A DNA stretch of 64,000 bases from an uncultured Candidatus Rokubacteria bacterium (GTDB lineage: Bacteria > Methylomirabilota > Methylomirabilia > Rokubacteriales > DASRDR01). Shown here piece after piece: positions 37,253 to 46,886 of this stretch (within the stretch, counting starts at the first letter, position 1; each line of letters opens with the position of its first letter). The position numbers and the translations under genes are program-made. The notes under the pieces were generated by a model that had not been told where the DNA came from, did not search any database, and saw only the letters and a list, made by a program, of their open reading frames with translations. The stretch lies in NCBI GenBank assembly GCA_963805625.1, contig CAWDVE010000010.1, forward strand, positions 576,001 through 640,000, written 5' to 3'.

Positions 37253-38212
37253 ATGGCGCCCCCGACCCAGGCCCCCCGGGATCTCGACGCCGGCGCCATC
37301 GCCCTGGTGCTGCTGCTCTCCGCGCTGTGGGGCGGGAACACCGTGGCGGTCAAGGTCGGCGTGGCGGACTCGCCGCCCCTCATGCTGGCGGCCCTCCGGT
37401 TCGCGATCGGCGGCGCGTGCGTCGTCGGCTGGGGTCTCTGGACGCGCGCGCCGTTCCGACTCCAGGCCGGTGAAGGCTGGCCGCTCCTCGGGCTGGGTCT
37501 CCTGTTCGCCATCCAGCTCGGCCTCCTGAACGTGGGCGTCTGGCTGTCGACGGCGGGGCACGCCTCCGTGCTCCTGAACGCATACCCGGTCTACATCGTC
37601 CTCTTGGCCCACTTCCTCGTCCCCGGCGACCGGCTGACAGTTGCGACGCTCGGAGGCGTCGTGCTCGGCTTCGCCGGAATCCTCGTGCTCTTCGCCGGCC
37701 AGCTCCTGGCGCCGCCGGAGCCCGGCTCCACGGTCCTCGCGGGGGACGTGGTCCTATCGGTGAGCGCGGTCCTCCTCTCGCTCCGCCAGGTCATCCTCAA
37801 TCGCCAGCTCCAGCGCATCCACCCGGTCAAGCCGCTCCTCGCGCAGGTCGTCGTGGGGACGCCGCTGTTCCTTCTCCTCTCGTGGGGGCTCGAATCCGCG
37901 CCCACGGTCCTCACCTGGCGGCTCGGCGCCTCGCTCCTCTATCAGGGTGTCGTGATCGCGGGATTCAACTTCATCGCGAACATGTCGCTCCTCAAGACGT
38001 ACCGGCCCAGCGGACTGGCGGCGTTCAACCTGACGACCCCGCTCTTCGGCGTTCTCGCCACGGCTCTGGTCATCGGCGAGCCCATCGGCTGGCGGCTCGC
38101 CGGCTCGGCGCTCCTCGTGGCCGGCGGGATTGCGTTCGCCACGCTCTTGCGAGACCGCGCGTTCACCGCGCGCAGCGGCGCCCCTCGCCCCATCCCGGGC
38201 AGAATCCGGTAA
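37253..38212 (+). CDS. DMT/EamA-family transporter
   Basis: LWGGN, AALRF, about 10 TM helices, two EamA repeats. Confidence 0.9.
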   Translation: MAPPTQAPRDLDAGAIALVLLLSALWGGNTVAVKVGVADSPPLMLAALRFAIGGACVVGWGLWTRAPFRLQAGEGWPLLGLGLLFAIQLGLLNVGVWLSTAGHASVLLNAYPVYIVLLAHFLVPGDRLTVATLGGVVLGFAGILVLFAGQLLAPPEPGSTVLAGDVVLSVSAVLLSLRQVILNRQLQRIHPVKPLLAQVVVGTPLFLLLSWGLESAPTVLTWRLGASLLYQGVVIAGFNFIANMSLLKTYRPSGLAAFNLTTPLFGVLATALVIGEPIGWRLAGSALLVAGGIAFATLLRDRAFTARSGAPRPIPGRIR

Positions 38213-38229
38213 GGGACGCGGGTAGACGC

Positions 38230-39525
38230 GTGTCGCCCTCACGGCGGTCGTCCCGATCGGCTGCGCGGCTCATTCTCCTCGGGATCCTCGCCGCCGCATC
38301 CATCGCCTCCGTCGCCTCCGGGCAGGCCCTCGTGCCGCCGGAGCTCAGGGCAGAGGCCGCGCGTCTCCTGAAGGACCTCGCGGCCCTCCGCGGACTGCCG
38401 CCTCCCGGCAGCCCCCCTCCGCTCGTCATCCAGACCAGCGAGCAGCGCCGCCGGTTTGTCGTCGCCGAGCTGGCCCGGAAACACTCCCCTGCGCGCCTGG
38501 ACGCGGAGCGGCGCGCGCTCGTCGCCTGGGGACTCGTCCCCGCCGACTTCGACCTACCCGCCTTCCTGGCGGACCTCCTCGCGGAGCAGGCTGCCGCGTA
38601 CTACGATCCCGGGGCGAAGCGGATGGTTCTCGCGAACTGGCTGACACCCGAGCTGCGGCGCGACGCGCTCACCCATGAACTGGTTCACGTTCTCCAGGAC
38701 CGGCTCGTCGATCTCGATCGGTTCCTGGGTGCCTCGCCCGGACGGAGCGACGAAAGCGTCGCCCGTCACGCGCTGGTCGAGGGCGAGGCCGTCGCCTTGT
38801 CGCACGAGCTGAGCCTCCGCCGGGAGGGGCGCGACTTCGCCGCGCTGCCGGACGTTGCCGACCTTCAGCGCGCCATCCGCACGTCGGCCACCGGCCCGGT
38901 CGTGGCGCGGGCGCCCGCCTACATCCGGACCATGCTCACGTTTCCGTACGCGGCGGGTGTGGCCTTCGTTCACGCTTTCCGGCAGCGCCACCCGTGGGCG
39001 CAGCTGTCGGCGCTCTATCCGGATCCACCCCGATCCTCTTCGCAGATCCTCCACCCCGAGCGCTATCTCGACCGGCGAGAGGACCCGGTGCCGCTCCCCC
39101 TCCCCGACCTCGCCACCGTCCTCCCGAGCGGTTCACGGTTGGCGTTCGAGGACGAGCTGGGCGAGATCGGTCTGGCGGAGGTCCTCCGCCGATTCCTGGG
39201 TGAGTCGGCCCAAGCCGTCGGCTGGCGAGGCGACCGCCATGCCCTGTGGGACCTCCCGACGGGCGCCTCCGTCCTCGTCGCGCTCACGGCGTGGGACACG
39301 GAGGACCTCGCTCTGGCCTTCGCGCGCGACTACGCGCGGGTGATGGCCCTCAAGCACGGTCTCGCGCCGCTCTCCCCGGACGCCCCGCTCCTCGCGTGGT
39401 CCAGCGGACCCGCGGCCTTCGCGATCGAGCGCCGCCATCGCACCGTCGTTCTCCTCGAGTGGGCGCCGACGTCCACACTCGATGCCCTCCGGGCGGCCAT
39501 CTGGGCGAAGCCGATGCTATACTGA
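38230..39525 (+). CDS. Secreted putative zinc metallopeptidase
   Basis: Signal peptide; AAYYDP, HELVH plus downstream EGEA, SSSQILHPERY. Confidence 0.7.
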   Translation: MSPSRRSSRSAARLILLGILAAASIASVASGQALVPPELRAEAARLLKDLAALRGLPPPGSPPPLVIQTSEQRRRFVVAELARKHSPARLDAERRALVAWGLVPADFDLPAFLADLLAEQAAAYYDPGAKRMVLANWLTPELRRDALTHELVHVLQDRLVDLDRFLGASPGRSDESVARHALVEGEAVALSHELSLRREGRDFAALPDVADLQRAIRTSATGPVVARAPAYIRTMLTFPYAAGVAFVHAFRQRHPWAQLSALYPDPPRSSSQILHPERYLDRREDPVPLPLPDLATVLPSGSRLAFEDELGEIGLAEVLRRFLGESAQAVGWRGDRHALWDLPTGASVLVALTAWDTEDLALAFARDYARVMALKHGLAPLSPDAPLLAWSSGPAAFAIERRHRTVVLLEWAPTSTLDALRAAIWAKPMLY

Positions 39526-39535
39526 CGGCCGCGCG

Positions 39536-39985
39536 ATGCCGAGCGCTCCATCGAAGGCTCTCCAGCGGGTTCCCAATCCCCACGTCGACCGGGACTACGA
39601 GGTGGACCACGTGGTCTCCGAGTTCACGTGCATATGCCCGATGACCGGCCAGCCCGATTTCGCCACCATCCGGATCCGGTACGTCCCCGACCGCTGGCTG
39701 GTCGAGCTGAAATCCTTGAAGCTCTACATGTGGGCCTACCGGAACGAGGGCACGTTCCACGAGGACGTAACCAACCGCATCCTCGTCGACCTCGTGCGGA
39801 CGCTCGCGCCCCGCCGGATGGAGGTCATCGGCGACTGGAACGTCCGGGGCGGGATCAAGACCGTCGTCACGGTGCGGTACGAGAGTCCATCGCGGCCCGG
39901 AGCCGGCCACCTTGATCGGGAAGGACCGCCCTCAACCGCCCGGCGCCGGCAGCCCGCGCGGGCGCCTCTCCGAAAAGCGCGCTGA
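39536..39985 (+). CDS. queF: 7-cyano-7-deazaguanine reductase (type I)
   Basis: EFTCICPMTGQPDFA, VELKSLKLY, FHE, VRGGI. Confidence 0.95.
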   Translation: MPSAPSKALQRVPNPHVDRDYEVDHVVSEFTCICPMTGQPDFATIRIRYVPDRWLVELKSLKLYMWAYRNEGTFHEDVTNRILVDLVRTLAPRRMEVIGDWNVRGGIKTVVTVRYESPSRPGAGHLDREGPPSTARRRQPARAPLRKAR

Positions 39986-40017
39986 CGCCAGGCGGGCGGC
40001 AGCGGCTCGCCTGCCCT

Positions 40018-40359
40018 CTACGACTCGGCGACCGTCACCCGGAGGCCGATCTCCGCGAGGACGCGACCGACCCGCTCGCACTCCGTCTTCGCACCCACCC
40101 GCACGACCGCCTTGCCGTCGTTGTGCACCCGGCCGGCGATCGCCATCCCATCGTCGTAGGAGCAGGCGATCGCCTTCATGAGCTGTCGCGCGACCTGCTC
40201 GAACGTGTGACAGTCGCAGTTCCAAAGGATGGTGATCCACGGCGGCTCGAGCGTCGTGGCATTCTCCGTCTCCTGCTCGACAACCGGGCGACTTTCCGAG
40301 ATCGCCGTGAGGCGTACGGAGGATTCGTAGCCAGGTGCCGGTTGACCCCGAGGGCTCAT
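40018..40359 (-). CDS. clpS: ClpS-like N-degron adaptor
   Basis: ILWNCDCHTFEQV...VHNDGKAVV; ATGA overlap with upstream ADH. Confidence 0.82.
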   Translation of the reverse strand: MSPRGQPAPGYESSVRLTAISESRPVVEQETENATTLEPPWITILWNCDCHTFEQVARQLMKAIACSYDDGMAIAGRVHNDGKAVVRVGAKTECERVGRVLAEIGLRVTVAES

Positions 40360-41384
40360 CCGGCCGAGCCATCCGGGAAGACTGCGACCTTGATGGACGC
40401 CGGATCCCGATGCGCCGCCAGAGCCGCGTCGATCGCCGCCAGCGGGAAGCGGTGGGTCAGGAGCGCTTCCACACGAATCTGGTCCGCGGCGAGGAGCGCC
40501 ACCGCCTCCCCGAACTCCTCGCGATAGATCATGGAGCCGCGAACGTCGATCTCGCGTCGGACGACCCAGAAGAACTCGACCCGAGAGGGGCCGTGCGGGA
40601 GCCCCGTCAGGACCACGCGACCTCCCGGCCGGACGAAACCGACCTGACCCACCGACAGCTCGACGGCCTCGACGGTCCCCGCCGTCTCGACGACGAGGTC
40701 GACGCCGTCTCGCCCGGCGAGGCGCCGCGCCGCGTCCGCGACCCTCTCCCCTGACCCGACCACCGTGGAATCCGCGCCCAGATCGCGAGCAATACCCAGC
40801 CGCCGATCCGTGCGCCCGACGACCAGTACCCGGCAGCCTCGCGCGCGCAGGAGCTGGAGGGCAAGCAGCCCGAGCGTCCCCGCCCCGACGACGGCCGCGG
40901 CCTCCCCTGGCCGCGGCGCCGCCCGGCCCACCGCGCGCGCCACCACCGCGAGCGGCTCGGCGAAGAGGAGCACGTCCGAGGCCAGTCCGACCGGCGCCGG
41001 CCAGCATGCTCCTTCCGGCAGGACCGCTAGCTCGGCGAAGCCGCCGTCCCGGTCGATGCCGACCGCCGTCCGCGCCAGGCAGAGGTTCCCGCTGCCCTCG
41101 CGGCAGAGGTCGCACGCGCCGCATCCCCAGTTCGGCTCGACCGCCACTCGGTCCCCGGGCGCGACGCGCGTGACGCCCGGCCCCACGGCCACGACGTCAC
41201 CGATGAACTCGTGTCCGGGGATCAGCGGGTACCGGACACGGCGCTCTCCCGTCCAGATCCGGTAGTCAGTGCCGCAGATCCCCGCCGCCCCGACCCGGAC
41301 GAGCGCCTCACCCACGCCAACGGTCGGATCCTGTACCGTCTCGAGACGGAAGGCGCGAGGTCCCGTGAGAACGGCTGCCTTCAT
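40356..41384 (-). CDS. Zn-dependent alcohol dehydrogenase (MDR)
   Basis: GICGTD, GHE, CGACDLC...C, GAGTLG. Confidence 0.9.
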   Translation of the reverse strand: MKAAVLTGPRAFRLETVQDPTVGVGEALVRVGAAGICGTDYRIWTGERRVRYPLIPGHEFIGDVVAVGPGVTRVAPGDRVAVEPNWGCGACDLCREGSGNLCLARTAVGIDRDGGFAELAVLPEGACWPAPVGLASDVLLFAEPLAVVARAVGRAAPRPGEAAAVVGAGTLGLLALQLLRARGCRVLVVGRTDRRLGIARDLGADSTVVGSGERVADAARRLAGRDGVDLVVETAGTVEAVELSVGQVGFVRPGGRVVLTGLPHGPSRVEFFWVVRREIDVRGSMIYREEFGEAVALLAADQIRVEALLTHRFPLAAIDAALAAHRDPASIKVAVFPDGSAG

Positions 41385-41391
41385 GACGTCC

Positions 41392-42159
41392 TCACCCCGC
41401 GCTGAAGCCGCCGTCCACGAAGACGACCTCCCCCGTCACGTAGTCCGACGCCGCCGACGCGAGATAGACGACGAGAGGGCCCAGCTCTTCCGGGCGCCCC
41501 GTCCGGCGCGCCGGCACGTCTCGCAGCAGGCGCTCGCGGATCTGCGCGTCCGCGAAGGCCTCCTCGTTCATCGAGGTCACGAACCAGCCGGGGGCGACGG
41601 CGTTGACCTGCACGTTGTGGCGCGCCCACTCGACGGCGAGCGCCCGCGTCAACGCCAGGAGCCCGCCCTTCGACGCGCTGTAAGCCGCGTAGCCCGCGAG
41701 CCCCCGCGCGCCGAGCACCGAGGCCACGTTCACGACCTTGCCCCGCCGCCGGGCGATCATCCCCGGGCCGACGGCCCGGCAGCAGTTGAATGCGCCGGTG
41801 AGGTTCGTCTCCAGGATCCGGTGCCATTCGGCGGGCGTCGTCTCCACGAGCGGCTTCACGACGGCCACGCCCGAGTTGTTCACCAGGACATCGACGGCGC
41901 CGTACGCCTCGATCGTGCGCTCCACCGCCGCCTGGACCTCGGCCTCCACGACCACGTCCGCCGGGAGGGTCAGCGCCCGCCGGCCAAGGGCGGTCACCGC
42001 CGCCGCCGTGTCACGAAGACCGTCCCGGGAGCGCGCAACGAGCGCGACATCCGCTCCGGCCTCGGCGAGCGCGACCGCCATAGCCCGGCCGAGACCACGG
42101 CTCGCCCCGGTGACGAGGGCGACGCGCCCATCCAGACGGAGCTGGTCCAGCACCGCCAC
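41392..42159 (-). CDS. Short-chain dehydrogenase/reductase (KduD/gluconate 5-DH-like)
   Basis: TGASRGLG, NNSG, YSASK. Confidence 0.92.
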   Translation of the reverse strand: MAVLDQLRLDGRVALVTGASRGLGRAMAVALAEAGADVALVARSRDGLRDTAAAVTALGRRALTLPADVVVEAEVQAAVERTIEAYGAVDVLVNNSGVAVVKPLVETTPAEWHRILETNLTGAFNCCRAVGPGMIARRRGKVVNVASVLGARGLAGYAAYSASKGGLLALTRALAVEWARHNVQVNAVAPGWFVTSMNEEAFADAQIRERLLRDVPARRTGRPEELGPLVVYLASAASDYVTGEVVFVDGGFSAG

Positions 42160-42164
42160 CAGGT

Positions 42165-43976
42165 CTAGCTCCGGTACAGCGACTCGAGGAGATCGGCGTA
42201 CTTCGCGCGCACATCGCGCCGCTTGACCTTCAGGGTCGGGGTCAGCTCGCCGCCGTCCTGCGTGAAGTCGTCAGGGAGCACCGCGAACCGCTTGACCTGC
42301 GCGTAGGACGCGAGGTGTGCGTTGACGCCGTCCACGGTGCGTCGCACTCGCTCCATGACCGCCGGGTGACGAACCAACTCGGCGCGCGGCGTGTCCTCGA
42401 GACCCCGCTCCCGGGCGAGCTTGGCAAGCTCGTCCGGGTTGAGCGTGATCAGGGCCACGGGGTATGGCCGCCGGTCACCCTCGACCAGCGCCTGGCTCAC
42501 GAACGGGTCACCCTTGAGCAGGTTCTCGATGTGCTGAGGGGCGACGTAGCTCCCGCCCGAGGTCTTGATCAGATCCTTCTTGCGGTCGGTGATCCGGAGG
42601 AACCCATCTCGGTCGATCTCCCCGACATCTCCCGTGCGGAACCAGCCTTCCGGTCCGAACACCGCGGCCGTCTCCTCCCGCTTCCGGTAGTACCCCTGCG
42701 CGATGTTCGGCCCCCGGACGACGATCTCGCCGTCCTCGGCGATCTTCATCTCTATTCCCTGGAACGGCCGGCCCACGGTCCCGAACTTGAAGGCATCCGG
42801 ATGGTTGCTGGCCAGGATCGGGCACGTCTCGGTCAGCCCGTATCCCTCCAGGATGAGAATCCCAGCCGCGTGGAAGAACTCCGCGATCTCGAGCGCGAGC
42901 GGCGCGCTCCCCGACACGCAGAACCGGAGTCGGCCGCCGAGGGCCGCCCGGAGCTTCGCAAACACCAGCCGATCCGCCAGCGCCTTCTGCACGCGGAGGC
43001 CGGCCGGGAGGGCCCGGCCTTCCAGCTCGAGGCGGCTGGCACGGCGTCCGACCGACAGCGCCCAGTGGAAGATGCGCTGGCGAACCGGCGGTGCCGCCGC
43101 CACTCCGGAGAGGATCTTCGCGTACACCTTCTCAAACACTCGAGGCACGCTGCAGAGGAAGTCCGGCGAGACCTCCCGCAGGTTCTCTGGAAGCCGCTCG
43201 ATGCTCTCGGCGAACGCGGTGGTCAGGCCGAGACGGACCCCGAGGAAGCTCTCCATCCGGGCGAACGAGTGCGCGAGGGGGAGGAAGAGGAGATGGACGT
43301 CGCCCTCCCGTACCCCGGAGGTTCGCGCGATCATGTCGAGCGCGGCCAGGTGGTTCGCGTGCGTCTGCACGACGCCCTTCGGGGAACCCGTGGTCCCGGA
43401 GGTGTACACAATCGTCGCGATGTCCCCGGGTTTCACGAGCTCGAGGCGCGGCTCCAGCGCACCGGTGAGATGCGCCCCCCGACCCAGCGCCCGGAGCGCC
43501 TCCCAGTCGAGCACGCGAAGACGGGGGTTGCCCGCAGCATCCTGAGCGGCCGCCTCCGAAGACCCGTGCATCAGCACGACGGTCTCGAGACTCGGCATCT
43601 CCGCCAAGGCCGCAAAGGCCTTCCGAAGCTGTTGCTCGTCCTCCACGAACAGCGTGCGCGTCTCCGAGTCCCGGGCGATGTAGGCGAGGGTCTCCGGCGG
43701 GTACGTGGGATACACCGGGATGGTGACGCCGCCCAACGACAGGATCGCGAAATCCGCTCGGACCCACTCCCCCCGAGTCTGAGAGAGGACCCCCACCGCG
43801 TCTCCCGGCTGACGCCCCAGAGCGATCAGGCCGAGCGCGACCTCCTGCACCTCCTCGCCAAGCGCCCGCCACGACACGTCGCGCCAGGCTCCGTCGATCT
43901 TGACACGCTGCGCTGCCCGTTCCCCGGATCGGGATACCCTGTCCCAGAAAAGTTGTCCCAGGGACTCTGGGCTCAT
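42165..43976 (-). CDS. Long-chain fatty acid--CoA ligase
   Basis: YTSGTTGSPKG, EGYGLTE, RTGDVG, DRKKDLI, ELTPTLKVKR. Confidence 0.93.
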   Translation of the reverse strand: MSPESLGQLFWDRVSRSGERAAQRVKIDGAWRDVSWRALGEEVQEVALGLIALGRQPGDAVGVLSQTRGEWVRADFAILSLGGVTIPVYPTYPPETLAYIARDSETRTLFVEDEQQLRKAFAALAEMPSLETVVLMHGSSEAAAQDAAGNPRLRVLDWEALRALGRGAHLTGALEPRLELVKPGDIATIVYTSGTTGSPKGVVQTHANHLAALDMIARTSGVREGDVHLLFLPLAHSFARMESFLGVRLGLTTAFAESIERLPENLREVSPDFLCSVPRVFEKVYAKILSGVAAAPPVRQRIFHWALSVGRRASRLELEGRALPAGLRVQKALADRLVFAKLRAALGGRLRFCVSGSAPLALEIAEFFHAAGILILEGYGLTETCPILASNHPDAFKFGTVGRPFQGIEMKIAEDGEIVVRGPNIAQGYYRKREETAAVFGPEGWFRTGDVGEIDRDGFLRITDRKKDLIKTSGGSYVAPQHIENLLKGDPFVSQALVEGDRRPYPVALITLNPDELAKLARERGLEDTPRAELVRHPAVMERVRRTVDGVNAHLASYAQVKRFAVLPDDFTQDGGELTPTLKVKRRDVRAKYADLLESLYRS

Positions 43977-44099
43977 GGCTGGCTACCTCCCTCGTCTGTG
44001 ATGCCATTCATACACCGATAACTGAGTGAATTACCTCGTATAATCGACTCTTCCACGACGACGACAGCCGCCAGGGGAGCCCACGACGCATATCCTTCC

Positions 44100-44141
44100 T
44101 TGACTCGATGCGTTAGGTACTGCTATAGATATTACGCATCG
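44100..44141 (+). promoter_or_regulatory. Phasin promoter with overlapping inverted-repeat operator
   Basis: TTGACT 44100-44105, TGC-TATAGA 44121-44129; CGATGCGT(44106-44113)...ACGCATCG(44134-44141). Confidence 0.6.
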
Positions 44142-44206
44142 CGTTATCCCGAGCTATTCTTCGTGTCCGTCGGGCCCACGTGTCCGGCGTGAGGAGGCAG
44201 GAGACG

Positions 44207-44653
44207 ATGAACGTACAGCAGCCGCAGCTCTCCCCCGAGTTTTTCGCCGAGATGCAGGGCAAGGCCCTCGAGGCCTTCTCCGTCCTGGCCGACATGAATC
44301 ACCGGGTCCTCCAGGGGCTGGTGGGCTTCTCGGCGTCTACCGCCAAGGAGGGCCTCCGCACCTACGCCGAGCTCCAGTCGGCGACCGTGGAGGCCGTTCG
44401 GACTCCCCAGGCGCCCGTGGGGCCGGAAGCCTTCGAATCGCTCCGTTATAACCCGTTCGCGTGGTACCAGAAGGGTCTGCTGGGCCTCGTCGAGGGCACC
44501 CAGAAGTCCTTCCGCCTCGTGGAGGCCAACGCCCAGGTCGTCACCCGCACTGCCGAGCGCGTCCAGGCCTCGGCCGAGCAGACCGGCCAGGAGATCCAGG
44601 AGACGATGACGACGTCCGTGAACCGGCTCAAGGAAATCTACGCGCACGCCTGA
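44207..44653 (+). CDS. Phasin-like PHA granule protein
   Basis: Helical Ala/Gln/Glu-rich 148 aa, AGGAG RBS, adjacent to phaR. Confidence 0.7.
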   Translation: MNVQQPQLSPEFFAEMQGKALEAFSVLADMNHRVLQGLVGFSASTAKEGLRTYAELQSATVEAVRTPQAPVGPEAFESLRYNPFAWYQKGLLGLVEGTQKSFRLVEANAQVVTRTAERVQASAEQTGQEIQETMTTSVNRLKEIYAHA

Positions 44654-44689
44654 GCCGATGGCCCAGGCCTGACGCTCGGGCCGGCGGCC

Positions 44690-44733
44690 CGGATGAGCCA
44701 GGGGGAGGTCTCACCCCTCCCCTGGCTCATCCG
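44690..44733. terminator. 15-bp perfect stem hairpin between convergent phasin and phaR
   Basis: CGGATGAGCCAGGGG-14nt-CCCCTGGCTCATCCG. Confidence 0.65.
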
Positions 44734-45221
44734 CCGAGCCGCGACTCGAGATCCTTCAGCTTCTCCTTCAACGCGGCGACCTCCGCCTTGAGCCCGGCGG
44801 CATCCGACGAGTCTGCGTTCGGGGCCGGTCGCCCGCCCTCGTGATCCGACGGCCACCAGCCTGCTCGTGCCCCCCAGTCCCGGAGAGCCCGCTCGGTCTC
44901 CCTCTGGCTCGCGGCGAGTCCCGCAAGGCTCGACTGGAGCGATTCCTGAACGAAGGTCTGCCAAGCCGTGCCGTGCTGGATCAGCTGGTGCAGGAATGCG
45001 ACTGGTAGCGCCGACCGGCCGCCCCGGGCCGTATCCAGGATGATCTGAGCCAGGGTCTGGCTCGTCAGATCCTCCCCCGAGACCGCGTCGACGACCCGGA
45101 TCTCGCGCCCTTGCCGGATGAGCTCCTCCAACTCCTCGAGCGTGACGTAGCGACTCCGGCTCTGGTCGTAGAGCTTGCGGTTGGCGTAGCGCTTGATCAG
45201 GATGGGCTCGTCGCTGGCCAT
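44727..45221 (-). CDS. phaR: PHA synthesis regulator PhaR
   Basis: IKRYANRKLYDQSRSRYVTL...GEDLTSQTLAQII. Confidence 0.92.
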   Translation of the reverse strand: MASDEPILIKRYANRKLYDQSRSRYVTLEELEELIRQGREIRVVDAVSGEDLTSQTLAQIILDTARGGRSALPVAFLHQLIQHGTAWQTFVQESLQSSLAGLAASQRETERALRDWGARAGWWPSDHEGGRPAPNADSSDAAGLKAEVAALKEKLKDLESRLGG

Positions 45222-45390
45222 GCCCGGACCCTCGGCGCAGACAGTCTAACACCGCGCGTCAACGTGACAAGGGCAACCTGCCTCGGGCGGCGATGGTTTC
45301 CCCCGGCCCGTTGATCCGCCGGAACCGGCGTGTTACCCCTGGAATGGCGCCGAGCCTCTTCGGCGCACGATCCGACGAGGAGGAGCCGGC

Positions 45391-46137
45391 ATGAAGCTCG
45401 AGGGACGGAAGGCGGTCGTGACGGGGGCTTCCCGCGGGATCGGCCGGGCGATCGCGATCGGGCTGGCCGAGGAGGGCGCCGATGTCGCCGTCAACTACGT
45501 GTCGAGCGAGGCGGCGGCCCAGGCAGTCGTGCGCGAGATCGAGAAGCGAGGCCGCCGCGGCCTCGCCGTACGGGCGGACGTGAGCGACTTCCCCGACACC
45601 TTCCGCATGGCGCAGGATGTCCTCGGCGCCTTCGGGCACGTCGACATCCTCGTCAACAATGCGGGGATCAACAGCGACAAGACCTTCGTCAAGATGGACC
45701 ACGCGGCCTGGAGGAAAGTCCTCGCCATCAACCTGGACGGGGTCTTCAACTGCACCAAGGTCTTCATCGACGACATGCTGAAGCGAGGCTTCGGCCGGAT
45801 CGTCAACATCACGTCCGTCATCGGCCAGATCGGCAACTTCGGCCAGGCCAACTACGCGGCATCGAAGGCCGGCGTGACCGCGATGACCAAGTCCCTCGCC
45901 CGGGAATTGGCGTCCAAGGGGATCACGGTGAACGCGCTCGCGCCCGGGTTCGTCGAGACGGAGATGGTGGACTCCATTCCCGAGAAAGTCCGTCAGCGTC
46001 TGCTCGACCAGATCCCGCTCAAGCGGTTCGGGAAGACCGAGGAGGTGGCGCGCGCCGTCATCTACCTCGTCTCGTCGGATGGCAACTACATCACCGGCGA
46101 GGAGCTCTCCCTCAATGGCGGGCTCCTGATGCGCTAG
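45391..46137 (+). CDS. phaB: Acetoacetyl-CoA reductase (PhaB/FabG family)
   Basis: TGASRGIG, GQIGNFGQANYAASK, LSLNGGL; PHA gene context. Confidence 0.8.
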   Translation: MKLEGRKAVVTGASRGIGRAIAIGLAEEGADVAVNYVSSEAAAQAVVREIEKRGRRGLAVRADVSDFPDTFRMAQDVLGAFGHVDILVNNAGINSDKTFVKMDHAAWRKVLAINLDGVFNCTKVFIDDMLKRGFGRIVNITSVIGQIGNFGQANYAASKAGVTAMTKSLARELASKGITVNALAPGFVETEMVDSIPEKVRQRLLDQIPLKRFGKTEEVARAVIYLVSSDGNYITGEELSLNGGLLMR

Positions 46138-46181
46138 GCCAGCCGCCCGTGCGGTCGCGAGCCTTCGGAATCTGGGACCGG

Positions 46182-46847
46182 ATGCGGCCGCGCCTGCAAG
46201 CGCGGCTCCCCAAAGTCCTCGATACGGTCCGCGCCGTCGGGGCGCGCGGGGTGGTGACCGAGATGCCCCGCTGGCTCGTCCGGCGCGAGTTCATCGTGCT
46301 CGCCGTCAGGCTGCGCGACGCAAGACCGGCCCCCCGGAGCCCTCCCGGCGATCTTCGGCTCGCGACCCTGACCGACATCGACGTGCCCTCCCTCACGCAG
46401 CTCCATCCTGCAATGTCTGAGTCCGAGGTACGACGCCGCTGGGCGGAGGGGCAGGAGTGCATCGTGGGATGGATCGGCATGGCGCCGGCATACTACCGCT
46501 GGGACTCCGGTCGCCCGGCGTACCTCGACTACTTGCGCAAGACGTTCTGCCCGCCCCCGCTCACGCTCCTCACACTGGACGTCCGGACGCATCCGCGCTT
46601 CCAGGGACAGCGTATCGGGGCGTTCGGGGCCGCCTTCGCGAACCGGCGAGGCGTCGAGCGAGGCCAGCTCCAGCGGGTGGGACTCATCGCGCGGTGGAAC
46701 CGTCACGTCATGCGATACAACTTGGCGATCGGGGCCTCGGGGCGTGGGATCGTCGGGTACTGGCACACCGGCGTGCGCCGCCTTTACTTCGCGACAGGGG
46801 ACGTCCGTGTCGAGGGCAACACGATCGCCCTCGATCCCCACCCGTGA
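46182..46847 (+). CDS. GNAT-like hypothetical protein
   Basis: THPRFQGQRIG acyl-CoA-binding-like motif; start uncertain (46149 or 46182). Confidence 0.6.
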   Translation: MRPRLQARLPKVLDTVRAVGARGVVTEMPRWLVRREFIVLAVRLRDARPAPRSPPGDLRLATLTDIDVPSLTQLHPAMSESEVRRRWAEGQECIVGWIGMAPAYYRWDSGRPAYLDYLRKTFCPPPLTLLTLDVRTHPRFQGQRIGAFGAAFANRRGVERGQLQRVGLIARWNRHVMRYNLAIGASGRGIVGYWHTGVRRLYFATGDVRVEGNTIALDPHP

Positions 46848-46886
46848 TGGTTCCGGAGCGCCGAGCTGCGTCGAGTCGGCGTCCGA

